From: Alphaproteobacteria bacterium
GTDB taxonomy: Bacteria; Pseudomonadota; Alphaproteobacteria; Rickettsiales; SXRF01
DNA: 52,487 bases
Direction of reading: 5' to 3'
NCBI GenBank assembly: GCA_013288305.1
Contig: JABDCD010000004.1
Location: forward strand, 1 to 52,487
This document shows positions 16,431 to 25,492 of this stretch, piece by piece. The translations under genes were made by a program, and so were the position numbers. The notes below the pieces were generated by a model. That model ran no database searches. It was not told the DNA's origin and worked only from the letters and a program-made list of their open reading frames with translations. Each line of letters begins with the position of its first letter. Position 1 is the stretch's first letter.

Positions 16431-18140
16431 TTAAGCGATCAGCTTCAGCAAGGCTTGTACTTGCGTGTTAGCTTGCGCCAGCACCGAGATACCGGCTTGC
16501 AGCTTAACCTGGTTGGTCGCAAACGCCGCGGATTCGGTCGCGATATTGACATCCAACAGCTGGCTGCGCGCGGCATCCTGGTTCTGAACGCTGTTCTGCA
16601 ATGCCGAGATGGCGAAGCCGACCTGCGATTCCAGGGCACCGATGCCGGAGCGCGTGGCCGTCGCGGTGTTGATGGCCGTGCTGACCGCCGTTGCCGACGT
16701 CGCCGCCGTGCCCGCCGTTTTGACGTCGAGCGTGGCGCCGTTGAACAGGGCGCTGCTTTGCGTGTTGGCGATGTTGACGGTGACGTTGGCGTCTGACGTG
16801 CTTCCGAGCTGGAAGGTCAAACCACCCTGGTTGCCGCCGCTGCCGAAGGCAGTGTTCAGCGCGTTGACGAGGTTGGTAACGTTGGACGCCGTATCGATTC
16901 TGGCGCTGGTGCTGATAGCGCCAAGGGCTACCTGCAGCACTTCATTGCTGGAGGTGTTACCTTGTGCGTATAATTGCAACAGACCAGCGGCGCCGCCGTT
17001 GAACGTGGCGGTTTTAACCGTGGTATCGGTTCCGGCGACGGCTCCTGCGGTAGAATAGGTGGTGCCGTTAACGACGACGGAAAAGACCACGCCGCTGCCG
17101 ATGCCGGTGGCCGACCAGTCGGAAATCGACGGCAATTTCTGCGCCGTTCCGGTAGTGAATAGCTGCGACTGGATCGTGACATTGCTGCCGCTGAAGCTGT
17201 CGAGCAAGGTGCCGGCGGTCGAAGAAGCGGTAATGGCCGAACCGGCGATGTTATTGCCGGCACTGTCGGTCGCAAGCGTTGTTGCAACCGTATGGATGGC
17301 AAAGCCCTTTGCGCTGGCAAGAGAAGTCGTGAGCTGCGTCCCGAACTGGGTTGCAGTCACGCCGGCAGCAAGAGCATTAACAGAAAATGTAATGGTGCTG
17401 GTGCCGTTATCGAGTGCCAGTGTAGTAGCATCCACCGCCAGGGTGCCGTTCCACACCGAGCCGTTGAGTGCAAGGGATACGGTATAGGCATGTTGGGTAT
17501 TGTCCGTGGTGCCGGTCGAGAGGAAGATGCCTTTGGACAAATCGCCCTGGAAAGCGGTGTCGTTTTGAGTGGCGCCGGACGCAACATCGAGCACGAAGCT
17601 CTTGAATTGACCCACGTTAGTCGTTGCGGTGAAACCGGTTACCGTAAGGGCGGCATTGGCGGTAACGGTGGCGATGCTGGCGGTGCGCAGCGGGTTGTTG
17701 GAGCCGCCGGTGGCGATCGAGCCGTCGATCAAATTCACGCCGTTGAACTGCGTGCCTTTGGCCAAAGAGTTGATTTCGCTTGTCAGCGCCTGGAATTCCT
17801 GGTCGAGGAAGCCGCGGTTAGTATCGGTCAACGAACCGGATTGCGCCTGGTTGGCGACGGATTCCATCGTCTGCAGGATGGACTGGATCTGCGCCACTGC
17901 GCCGTCGGCCACCTGGAGGAGGCTGTTGGCTGCCGAAGCGTTGGTTTGCGCCGTTTGCAACGTGCTTACCTGCGTCGCCAGCGAAGTACCTACAGCGAGC
18001 GCCGCCACGTTGTCAGAGGCCTGAATGATGGCGTTGCCGCTTGAGAGGCGGGCGACGTTGAGGGCTGCCGCTCTAGACGCTGTATCAATGTTACCTTGCG
18101 CGTAATAGGCAGCGATATTGGTGTTGATTGAATTTGACAT
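16431..18140 (-). CDS. fliC: Flagellin (569 aa)
   Basis: N-terminal INTNIAAYYAQGNI...LSSGNAIIQASDNVAALAVG...LQTMESVANQAQSGSLTDTNRGFLDQEFQALTSEINSLAKGTQFNGVNLIDG. C-terminal RSGIGALESQVGFAISALQNSVQNQDAARSQLLDVNIATESAAFATNQVKLQAGISVLAQAN. The central domain is S/T/A/G-rich. Confidence 0.95.
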   Translation of the reverse strand: MSNSINTNIAAYYAQGNIDTASRAAALNVARLSSGNAIIQASDNVAALAVGTSLATQVSTLQTAQTNASAANSLLQVADGAVAQIQSILQTMESVANQAQSGSLTDTNRGFLDQEFQALTSEINSLAKGTQFNGVNLIDGSIATGGSNNPLRTASIATVTANAALTVTGFTATTNVGQFKSFVLDVASGATQNDTAFQGDLSKGIFLSTGTTDNTQHAYTVSLALNGSVWNGTLAVDATTLALDNGTSTITFSVNALAAGVTATQFGTQLTTSLASAKGFAIHTVATTLATDSAGNNIAGSAITASSTAGTLLDSFSGSNVTIQSQLFTTGTAQKLPSISDWSATGIGSGVVFSVVVNGTTYSTAGAVAGTDTTVKTATFNGGAAGLLQLYAQGNTSSNEVLQVALGAISTSARIDTASNVTNLVNALNTAFGSGGNQGGLTFQLGSTSDANVTVNIANTQSSALFNGATLDVKTAGTAATSATAVSTAINTATATRSGIGALESQVGFAISALQNSVQNQDAARSQLLDVNIATESAAFATNQVKLQAGISVLAQANTQVQALLKLIA

Positions 18141-18302
18141 GACTGTCTCCTACATGGATGGTTAAGTTTCGAAAGCTACATGCTTTCACCAATTTTGCAG
18201 CCTACTCAGGCCACATTACCTCGATAATACGCGGTAATAATTAATATTGAGTTAATGCCAGGAAAATATTGTGAGTTTATTATCAACCCGCTGTTTTTTA
18301 AT

Positions 18303-19481
18303 TTATATTTCAAGCAGCCCGCGCATCCGTTTTTCCTGCGTCCAGCCGGGTTCCGTATAAATTTGCATCGAAAAAGCCGGATCGCCCAGATGATCCATGA
18401 ACCGTGAGATGCTTTGCATGATGCGAACCGCCGCATCCTGCGGCAATGTTGCTCCATATATATTGTAACTGCACATCAGCGCAAGTTTTATGGTGGCTAG
18501 CCGCACGCCGATGACGGTGATGCGTTCCGAAAGTTTATCCCCCAGCCCGGCATAGGGGAAGAGCGCCAGCGCCAGTTGCATCTGCAGCCAGCGGCGCAAG
18601 TGCGGCGCATATTTCGCCGCAGCTTCCTTTTGCCACAGCGCTTTTACCTTCTGATAGGCGGCGGCGCTTTGGACGGTGGTGTTGATTCTTACCGTGTCCC
18701 AATCCAGCGTGGCCGCCAATGCTTTTTCCATATCACCGATGGTTTGTTTCAGGCGCGGCGATGGTCGTTTTTTCGAGGCGACGATCAATCCGCATAGCGC
18801 ATGTAACAGGTTGAACGGGTCGGCGGCATCGCTCTCGGGGGGCGGCAGGCGCCCGTCGGCATGGGTGAGATAAAACGGCGCAGCCTGCGGCCAGCCTTTG
18901 CGGTCGATGCGCTCAAAGGAACGGCTGACATTGGCGATGCGCAAAAAAATACGCTCGGCACTTGCTTGTTTGTCTTCCGTCGCTTTGAGAAATGCCTGGT
19001 GCACTGCCAGCGCATCCCCGGCTGCGGTGTCCTCCGGCAGATAATTTTTCAGCGAATGCGGCAGGCGTTCGGCTGCCGCTTCTTCCCATGCGCAGGCATT
19101 CTCATCGGCCAGGGCGAGCCGGACGATTTCGGGGCAGGACATGGCGGCGGTCATGACAACCTGGTTACCCAGCGCGCGCGTCACGCGCGGATAAAAATAA
19201 CAGGCGTCGCCGAGAAATTTTTCACCGTGTGTTTTATGGATGCCGCACAGGCCGCCTTCCAGCTTGACGCAAAAACTCGTCTGCGGATCTTTGCGCATGA
19301 TGTGCGATCCGTCCGGCTCGGCTTCGACCGCGCCCAGCAGTTCCGGTGCTTCTTTTTTATAGCGTGCCAGCGTCGGCTCGTCCATCTGCATCGACCAGCC
19401 TTGGCAGCAGGTATCTTCGCACTTGTCGCCGAGACAGGAAAATTTTGAAAGCAGTTGGGAACGCAGAATGGCTGTCATCAT
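18303..19481 (-). CDS. fliB: Flagellin lysine-N-methylase FliB-like (CxxCxxCC / YkgJ-type Cys cluster)
   Basis: The likely start is ATGATG at 19481, preceded by AAGGAGG. The N-terminal FSCLGDKCEDTCCQGWSMQMDEPTLARYKK matches the Salmonella FliB pattern F-C-G--C-D-CC-GW---D. The ORF extension to 19688 overlaps the upstream gene and is Arg/His-rich. Confidence 0.75.
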   Translation of the reverse strand: MMTAILRSQLLSKFSCLGDKCEDTCCQGWSMQMDEPTLARYKKEAPELLGAVEAEPDGSHIMRKDPQTSFCVKLEGGLCGIHKTHGEKFLGDACYFYPRVTRALGNQVVMTAAMSCPEIVRLALADENACAWEEAAAERLPHSLKNYLPEDTAAGDALAVHQAFLKATEDKQASAERIFLRIANVSRSFERIDRKGWPQAAPFYLTHADGRLPPPESDAADPFNLLHALCGLIVASKKRPSPRLKQTIGDMEKALAATLDWDTVRINTTVQSAAAYQKVKALWQKEAAAKYAPHLRRWLQMQLALALFPYAGLGDKLSERITVIGVRLATIKLALMCSYNIYGATLPQDAAVRIMQSISRFMDHLGDPAFSMQIYTEPGWTQEKRMRGLLEI

Positions 19482-21040
19482 AACCTCCTTGCAACGCGCA
19501 GCAACACCGGCAGCCAATCCATCAATGTTTCCTGGCGCTCTACAGTCACGCTGGTATACCAGCGGCTGTCGGTGCGCACCAGTCCCCAGCGCCAATCCGA
19601 GGCGGCGGAAAGCATGATGGTGGTTTTGACGCCGAGCGCGCCGGCCATGTGCACGGTGGTGTTCTGGATGGACACTACTTCGTCGCACGCTGCAATCTGC
19701 GCCGCCAGCCCGTCGATATTCTGGAAACCGTCGATGTCGGGGTCGGCATAAAGCGCGCCGGGGAAGGCGCGGTTCGCCGCTTCCATTTCTCCCGCCGGAG
19801 GGCTGTATTGCAGCGATATATACCGGACATGCGGCAGCGAAAAAAGCGGCGCCCAGTCCGAAAGCGGAATATTGCGCTGGCTGGAATTGTCATTGTTTTT
19901 GGAATGCCAGGAAATGCCCACCAGCTTTTTGCGTTGACCCTGAGATAACGCCAGATATTTTTCCCGTAGCGTTCGCACGCGCGGGCTATCGGCTTTAAGA
20001 TAAGGCGGATGCTGCGACGGCGTATAGTGCGGCAGTGCCAGGCGCATGAGCTGGCTCATGGCCAGCTGGAAATCGCATTTGTTCGTATAGCGGTCGAATA
20101 ATTGCTGCGCGAGCTGAGGCGTTTCGGGTGTATGAGGAACGACGGAGACGTTGGGAAATGAGCGGGCGAACAGCGGAATCAGCTTGGGATAAAGTGCGAG
20201 CGTCACCTGCGCGCCTTGCGCAAACAGCCAGGGAAGTAGGCCGGCGAACATGAAAGCATCGCCGATGCCTTCGTTGCACCATAGCAGCAGATGCTTGCCC
20301 GCGAGCGGCTGACCGCTCCATTCGGGGATGGAAGTGTTGCACATGCATTGGTAAAAGACGCGGTCGCGCACGGCGGCGTAATCCTCGAAACCGTCCTTGC
20401 CATCGCTTAAGAGGAGTTTGATCTGGCCGGTCAGCATGCGCGCCTGGATATCTCCCGGTTTCAGTTCCAGCACTTTTGCCCAGCAGGCCAGAGCCTGTTC
20501 GTTTTCTCCCTTTACGCCGTGCATGCTGGCGCGCACGCGGTAGGGCCCCGGCGAGTCGGGATAGGCTTTCAGCGCCTCTTCGCATATTTCGATGCAGCGC
20601 TCATACTGGCCGTTATAGCTCAGCATCGCAGCGTATTCGGTGTAAAAATCGGCACCCTTCACGCCATGATGATAGATCGCCTCCAGATGTTTCATCCGCT
20701 CGGCGCGCTCATCCACCTTCCGGCATAGCTGTATGGCTACCGAGTGCAGGGCGATAATATCGGGATAGAGGGCGATGAGGCGGTTGATGGCGCTGCCGCT
20801 GATGTCCTTAGGCCTGGTTCCCGCTGTGCACAGATCGCTCAGCATGTCGATCGCTTCGCTATGGTTGGGATCCAAGGCCAGCAGCCGCGCCAGTACGTTC
20901 ATCGCCTGTTCGGTGTTGCTTAAGCGGAGGTGAGCTTGCGCCAGCGGCAGCAGCGAACGCGGATTCTGCGGTTCGGCCAGCGCCAGCTGCTCCAGCCGTT
21001 TCGCCACGGCTTCCCATCCTTCGGCTAATTGCCCTTTCAT
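19478..21040 (-). CDS. TPR-repeat + GT9-like (GT-B) glycosyltransferase, FlmG-like architecture (paralog 1)
   Basis: 520 aa. The N-terminal half has TPR repeats (LPLAQAHLRLSNTEQAMNVLARLLALDPNHSEA). The C-terminal half is heptosyltransferase-like (LLLWCNEGIGDAFMFAGLLPWL; LVGISWHS; DEVVSIQNTTVHMAGALGVKTTIML). The ATGA overlap with fliB suggests translational coupling. Confidence 0.7.
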   Translation of the reverse strand: MKGQLAEGWEAVAKRLEQLALAEPQNPRSLLPLAQAHLRLSNTEQAMNVLARLLALDPNHSEAIDMLSDLCTAGTRPKDISGSAINRLIALYPDIIALHSVAIQLCRKVDERAERMKHLEAIYHHGVKGADFYTEYAAMLSYNGQYERCIEICEEALKAYPDSPGPYRVRASMHGVKGENEQALACWAKVLELKPGDIQARMLTGQIKLLLSDGKDGFEDYAAVRDRVFYQCMCNTSIPEWSGQPLAGKHLLLWCNEGIGDAFMFAGLLPWLFAQGAQVTLALYPKLIPLFARSFPNVSVVPHTPETPQLAQQLFDRYTNKCDFQLAMSQLMRLALPHYTPSQHPPYLKADSPRVRTLREKYLALSQGQRKKLVGISWHSKNNDNSSQRNIPLSDWAPLFSLPHVRYISLQYSPPAGEMEAANRAFPGALYADPDIDGFQNIDGLAAQIAACDEVVSIQNTTVHMAGALGVKTTIMLSAASDWRWGLVRTDSRWYTSVTVERQETLMDWLPVLLRVARRL

Positions 21041-22752
21041 GATGTCAGCCTTTCGCGCACGCGCTGCAATACCGGCTGCCAGTCGAGGAGTTTTTCCTGC
21101 CGCTCGATATGCACGCTTTCATACCAGCGGCTGTCGCTGCGTTTCAATCCCCAGCGCCAATCGGAGGCGGCGCACAGCATCAGCGTCGTTTTTACGCCGA
21201 GCGCGCCGGCCAGATGCACCGTGGAATTCTGGACAGAGATTATTTCATCCATAGCTGCCATCTGCGCTGCCAACCCGTCGATATTCTCGAACGCGTCGAT
21301 ATCGGGATCGACATGGAGCATGTTGGGGAAAGTGCGGCCTACGGCCTCTATCTCAGCGGCATGATCGCCATATTGCAGCGAAACATATTGGATGTCCGGC
21401 AGCAAAAAAAGCGGCGACCATTCCGCCAGCGGAATATTGCGCATCCCGGCGGTGTCGTAGTTGATGGTATGCCAGGAAATGCCCACCAGTTTTTTGATTT
21501 TCCCCGGCGGGCGTAATGCCAGGTATTTTTCGCGCAGGCTTTGCGTCTTTGCCGCATCGACCTTGAGGAAAGGCGGATGCTGCGCCGGCGTGTAATGCGT
21601 CACGCCGTAGGCCATGAGCTGGCCGAAGACGGCCTGCAGGTCGCATTTGGATGCATAGACCTGCAGATTATTTTTGCTGTAGGGAATGATGCCTACGCCG
21701 GGAAAAGATCGCGCAAAAAGCGGAATCATCTTGGGATAAAGCGCGAGTGTAATCTGCGCGCCCTGCGCCATGACCCAGGGCAGGAGGCTGGCGAACATGA
21801 CGACGTCGCCGATGCCCTGGCTCGACCATAGCAGCAGGCGCTTATCTTTAAGCGACTCGCCATGCCATTCCGGTAGCGGAATGACCAATGCTTCCTTGAC
21901 CATGGCGTAATCGCGGTGCGCGGCATATTCCTCGTAGCCCTCGCGGCAATCGCTGGTGAGCAGTTTGATGATGCCGATCGCCACGTGCGACGCATGATCC
22001 TCCGGCGTCATTTTCCCCGCATCGCCCGGCAATTGCGCAACGACGCGCGCCCACTCCGCCAGCGCTTCGTCGTAGCGCCCGAGATTGGTATAGACATTGG
22101 CGCGCATCTTGAGCACGCCCAGCGAGCCGGGATAGGCGGCCAGCGCATCTTTGCACACGGTCAGGCAGCGGTCGAACCGGGCGTTCTGGCTTAAGCACAG
22201 GGTATAGGCGCAGTAGAATGATTCGGTGCGAACGCCCAGAGCATATAGCGCATCCAGATGCACCAGGCGTTCGGCATAATCGCCCACGGTTTGCGCCAGC
22301 CGCGCCGCGACGGAACGCACGCCGATATTCTTCGGATAGTCTTTTGCCAACCGTTTCATGCTGGCATTTTCCGCCAGGCAGAGATCATGCAGCAGGTTCG
22401 AGGCCTCGGCACGATCGGAATCGAGAGCAAGCAATTTGGCCAATACCGCCGTGGCTTTTTCCGGCTGTTTAGCTTGAGCGTAAGCCTGCGCCAGCGGCAG
22501 CATGTGACGACTCTGGCGGGGATTGGCGGCAAGCGCTTTTTGGAAATAGTCCGCGGCAGCTTCCCATCGCTGTGCTTGCAGATGAATCGTTCCCAGCGCG
22601 TGTAAAATATCGGGCTGGCCGGGATAATCCGCCAGCAGCGCTTCGTAGGCGCTTTGCGCGTCGGCGTTTTTCCCATCCACATGCAGCCGCATCGCCGCCA
22701 CCAGGCGCTGTTTCAAATGGTCGCCGGAGGCTAGGGAAGAGCCGCTCATCAT
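21037..22752 (-). CDS. TPR-repeat + GT9-like (GT-B) glycosyltransferase, FlmG-like architecture (paralog 2)
   Basis: 571 aa with the same architecture. The C-terminal domain is highly similar to the 19478..21040 product (LLLWSSQGIGDVVMFASLLPWV; LVGISWHT; DEIISVQNSTVHLAGALGVKTTLML), while the N-terminal TPR part is more divergent. ATGA overlaps at both ends. Confidence 0.7.
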   Translation of the reverse strand: MMSGSSLASGDHLKQRLVAAMRLHVDGKNADAQSAYEALLADYPGQPDILHALGTIHLQAQRWEAAADYFQKALAANPRQSRHMLPLAQAYAQAKQPEKATAVLAKLLALDSDRAEASNLLHDLCLAENASMKRLAKDYPKNIGVRSVAARLAQTVGDYAERLVHLDALYALGVRTESFYCAYTLCLSQNARFDRCLTVCKDALAAYPGSLGVLKMRANVYTNLGRYDEALAEWARVVAQLPGDAGKMTPEDHASHVAIGIIKLLTSDCREGYEEYAAHRDYAMVKEALVIPLPEWHGESLKDKRLLLWSSQGIGDVVMFASLLPWVMAQGAQITLALYPKMIPLFARSFPGVGIIPYSKNNLQVYASKCDLQAVFGQLMAYGVTHYTPAQHPPFLKVDAAKTQSLREKYLALRPPGKIKKLVGISWHTINYDTAGMRNIPLAEWSPLFLLPDIQYVSLQYGDHAAEIEAVGRTFPNMLHVDPDIDAFENIDGLAAQMAAMDEIISVQNSTVHLAGALGVKTTLMLCAASDWRWGLKRSDSRWYESVHIERQEKLLDWQPVLQRVRERLTS

Positions 22753-23456
22753 TGCCGCTTATCCGCGTAGATCATGGCGTAATATTCCTTGAACCATTTG
22801 TCGGCGTAGTCGCATTCCTCGTAGCCTTTGAAATAGGGGCCGCCCAGCGTGTAATGCAAATTGGCGATCTGCGACAGCGGCACCGGGTCGTATTCGCTGA
22901 CCAGGAAGTTCCAACGGATGGAGAGTTCGCCGATTTCCGCCTCGTTCTTCAGCCACTGGAAGCGGTGCAGCTCCAGGCCGGAAGCGGTATTGACGTAGTC
23001 CGGCGTAAGCCGCGTGCACTTGGCGCAGTTCATCAGCATGACGCTCGACCAGTTCTTTTTTTCGTAACTGGTTTGCTTCTGGCCGAGGAATTTCGCATCC
23101 GTTTTGGGCGTGTAATTATGCTTGGCCACCATCACGGCATAACGGTCGTCGCGTAAGCTCCATAATTTGGCGATGTCGTCCAGCACCAGCATGTCGCAAT
23201 CCATGAAGATCGCCCACCCTTCGTAATTGCACAGATACGGCGTGAGGAAACGGGTGAAGGCGAATTCGGTGGATTGCAGCGAGTTGCGCTCGCGGGTGAA
23301 GATTTTGGACAGCTGTGGCAGCGCCAGCGGCGTGATGGCGGTGGGCAGCGAGGAACGCGAGAGGATGCTATGCGTCAGCACGTGGTAGGCGACGGTTTCG
23401 CGCTGGTCGAAGCCGATGAAGACGCGGATGCTGTCGGCTTTGTCGGTGTTTTGCAT
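22749..23456 (-). CDS. GT-A fold glycosyltransferase, family 8-like (DxD)
   Basis: 235 aa. The sequence VFIGFDQRETVAYHVLTHSI...TEFAFTRFLTPYLCNYEGWAIFMDCDMLVLDDIAKLW contains a DxD motif (DCD) in a nucleotide-diphospho-sugar-transferase-like context. Confidence 0.6.
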   Translation of the reverse strand: MQNTDKADSIRVFIGFDQRETVAYHVLTHSILSRSSLPTAITPLALPQLSKIFTRERNSLQSTEFAFTRFLTPYLCNYEGWAIFMDCDMLVLDDIAKLWSLRDDRYAVMVAKHNYTPKTDAKFLGQKQTSYEKKNWSSVMLMNCAKCTRLTPDYVNTASGLELHRFQWLKNEAEIGELSIRWNFLVSEYDPVPLSQIANLHYTLGGPYFKGYEECDYADKWFKEYYAMIYADKRQ

Positions 23457-23475
23457 AGGATCCTTTTTTTTGCGG

Positions 23476-24732
23476 TTACAGGGTTGCGGCGATGGGTTGT
23501 TTTTCGGCGCCTGCGGAGGCGCAGAATTTATAGATAAAGTATTCGTACACTCCGTTCAATACCTCCTGGCTGACATGGCGGGAGGCGGCGTCTTCCTTCC
23601 CGAACACGGCGCTGCCGATGTTGGGCGCGATCCAGCGGACGATTTCGAAGGACGGGAAATAGAATAGCTTATCATCGGCTTGATGTTTTTCCAGGAACTC
23701 GTTCAGCGCCGCGCGCAACAGCGACTTGCTGACGCAATCGATTTCCACGGCGCTTAAGTTAGCCGAATGTTTGATGCCGATGGCGCTGTCGATGGGTACC
23801 GGCGACAGTGTGAGCAGCAAACGGGCGGTGGGGTTGATGGTGCGGATGGCCTTGTACAGGGCGTCGAGAGCTTCGCTGACTTCGGCGTAGCTGCCGATGC
23901 GGAATTCGGCGCCTGCCGTTTTCAGCTTGCCGGTCAGGTGCGAGCGCAAAGCGATGTCCTCGTTGGTGGAGATGGTCAGGAATTTAGGCGCGATCGCCGG
24001 ACCGACTTCGAATTCCGCTGGTGTTGGCGGCAGGAAATAATCGAGCACGTTGCCGTAAGTGACGATCAGAAATTCGCTGGCCTTCAGCGCCGCCAGCAAG
24101 GCCTCCAGCCGTTGCAGCTCCATTTTCACCACGGCGGCCAGATCGACGCCGGCGTCTTTGGGATATAAAACGTCTACCCAATGTTCGATATAGGCGCGCT
24201 GCAGCCGCGGCGCGGCGGTGCACACGGCCAGCAGCTTGGCGTTGGAAAAGGGGGAATTCAGATCCTCGGCCTGGATGAACGGCGATATAGTGAAGCCGCG
24301 GTGCTGCAGGTAATTGGCGATGTTGCGGGCGAAGCAGGAGCCCATGGTGAAGATGCGGGTGGCGGGGTCGATAAAATCGAAACGCCGCGATCCGAAGGCG
24401 GCGTCGAGAAAGGCAACGGTGGTGGAAAATTCATCGCTGCAATGCGGGTAGACTTCGACCAGCCGGTCGTTGCGCTTTTTGCGTTTGTGAACCAGCGTTT
24501 CTTCGATTTGCCGCGTTTCGCTTGCGCTCAGGCCGGGGTTGACGGCGGAGACGGGCAGGCACCATTTCATTTTCTGCCAGTCGCCTTCGAGCTTGAGATC
24601 GGCGATGAACTGGCAAAACTTGTTCACCAGCTCGCCGCGGGCCGCAGCGCTCGAATCTTTTGCCAGCAGGTCGAAGAAATTCCTGTAGATAAATCTTGAC
24701 AAGTCCCGGCTTTTATCCGCATAAAATTCCAT
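23476..24732 (-). CDS. GSCFA-family (SGNH/GDSL-like) protein with ~130-aa N-terminal extension
   Basis: 418 aa. Contains the eponymous motif IFTMGSCFARNIA and a C-terminal EDAASRHV (D..H-like block). It is a paralog of the N-terminal two-thirds of 25493..27472. Confidence 0.75.
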   Translation of the reverse strand: MEFYADKSRDLSRFIYRNFFDLLAKDSSAAARGELVNKFCQFIADLKLEGDWQKMKWCLPVSAVNPGLSASETRQIEETLVHKRKKRNDRLVEVYPHCSDEFSTTVAFLDAAFGSRRFDFIDPATRIFTMGSCFARNIANYLQHRGFTISPFIQAEDLNSPFSNAKLLAVCTAAPRLQRAYIEHWVDVLYPKDAGVDLAAVVKMELQRLEALLAALKASEFLIVTYGNVLDYFLPPTPAEFEVGPAIAPKFLTISTNEDIALRSHLTGKLKTAGAEFRIGSYAEVSEALDALYKAIRTINPTARLLLTLSPVPIDSAIGIKHSANLSAVEIDCVSKSLLRAALNEFLEKHQADDKLFYFPSFEIVRWIAPNIGSAVFGKEDAASRHVSQEVLNGVYEYFIYKFCASAGAEKQPIAATL

Positions 24733-24766
24733 GGTTTTACCTTGAAAACATTGGCGTTAGATCCTC

Positions 24767-25486
24767 ATGCACTCGAACCCTGAGCTGGAACTGACGTATA
24801 AAATCGCCAATGTCCCGGTGTCCTATTTTCCTTTTCCGCATTTTTATATCCGGGATATTTTCCCGGCGGATTTTTACCGCGACTTGATCGCCAACCTTCC
24901 CGATCATTCCGCGATGCTGCCGATCGGCGAGGTGCGTCCGGTCAAGGGGTATAAGGAGCGTTTCGTGCTGCAGATGAGCCCGCAGTATCTTGCAGCGCTG
25001 CCCGAAGCGAAAAGAAAATTCTGGGAGGAATGCGCGCAGTGGATGATGACTGGAAAACTCACCAATTATCTGCTCAATAAATTTTCCGCCCACATCAATG
25101 AGCGCTTCAAAAACGTTCAGAGCCCCATATTTTATAATGAGTGTATGCTTATCGAGGATATCACCAATTATTCCATAGGGCCGCATAGCGATTCTCCGAA
25201 AAAAGTCATTTCCGTTCTTTTTTACCTGCCGAAAGATGATTCCCAGGCCAACCTCGGCACGTCCATTTATGTTCCCAAGGAGGCGAGCTTTACCTGTCCG
25301 GGCGGACCTCACTACGGGTTCGAGAATTTCAGCAAAGTCCATACCATGCCCTTCCTTCCCAATTCGGTATTCGTATTCCTGAAAACGGCCAATTCCTTTC
25401 ATGGCGTGGAACCGGTGACTACGCCGGATCGCAGCCGATGGGTCTTTCTTTTCGACATTTACGTTAAACAACCTCCCGTTTCATAA
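24767..25486 (+). CDS. 2OG-Fe(II) oxygenase superfamily protein (prolyl-hydroxylase-like)
   Basis: 239 aa. It has an HxD...H facial-triad-like arrangement: YSIGPHSDSPKKVISVLFYLPKD ... NSFHGVEP. The composition is more coding-like than the antisense ORF. It is the only plus-strand gene inside the island and looks visibly more AT-rich than its neighbours. Confidence 0.6.
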   Translation: MHSNPELELTYKIANVPVSYFPFPHFYIRDIFPADFYRDLIANLPDHSAMLPIGEVRPVKGYKERFVLQMSPQYLAALPEAKRKFWEECAQWMMTGKLTNYLLNKFSAHINERFKNVQSPIFYNECMLIEDITNYSIGPHSDSPKKVISVLFYLPKDDSQANLGTSIYVPKEASFTCPGGPHYGFENFSKVHTMPFLPNSVFVFLKTANSFHGVEPVTTPDRSRWVFLFDIYVKQPPVS

Positions 25487-25492
25487 GCCTCG

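Noticed and set aside
18230-18252. Possible sigma54 promoter for fliC (minus strand CTGGCATTAACTCAAT)
   Set aside because: It has a TGGCA -24-like element, but the position where the -12 TTGC should lie reads CAAT. Other GG...GC pairs in the leader have the wrong spacing.
18270-18295. Sigma28-like promoter for fliC (minus strand TAAATTAA-N10-GTTGATAA)
   Set aside because: It is only a partial match to TAAAGTTT-N11-GCCGATAA (about 5/8 and 6/8, with a spacer one nt short) in an AT-rich stretch. It is plausible but cannot be supported without TSS data or a lineage-specific FliA matrix.
19482-19688. N-terminal 69-aa extension of the fliB ORF
   Set aside because: It is Arg/His-rich and lies entirely inside the upstream glycosyltransferase gene. 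An AAGGAGG SD precedes the ATG at 19481, where the FliB-like Cys cluster begins almost immediately.
24737-25471. 244-aa minus-strand ORF that would keep the whole island on one strand
   Set aside because: The product is Arg-rich with no recognisable motif and looks like an antisense translation. The plus-strand ORF 24767..25486 has a coherent HxD...H 2OG-oxygenase pattern and more protein-like composition.
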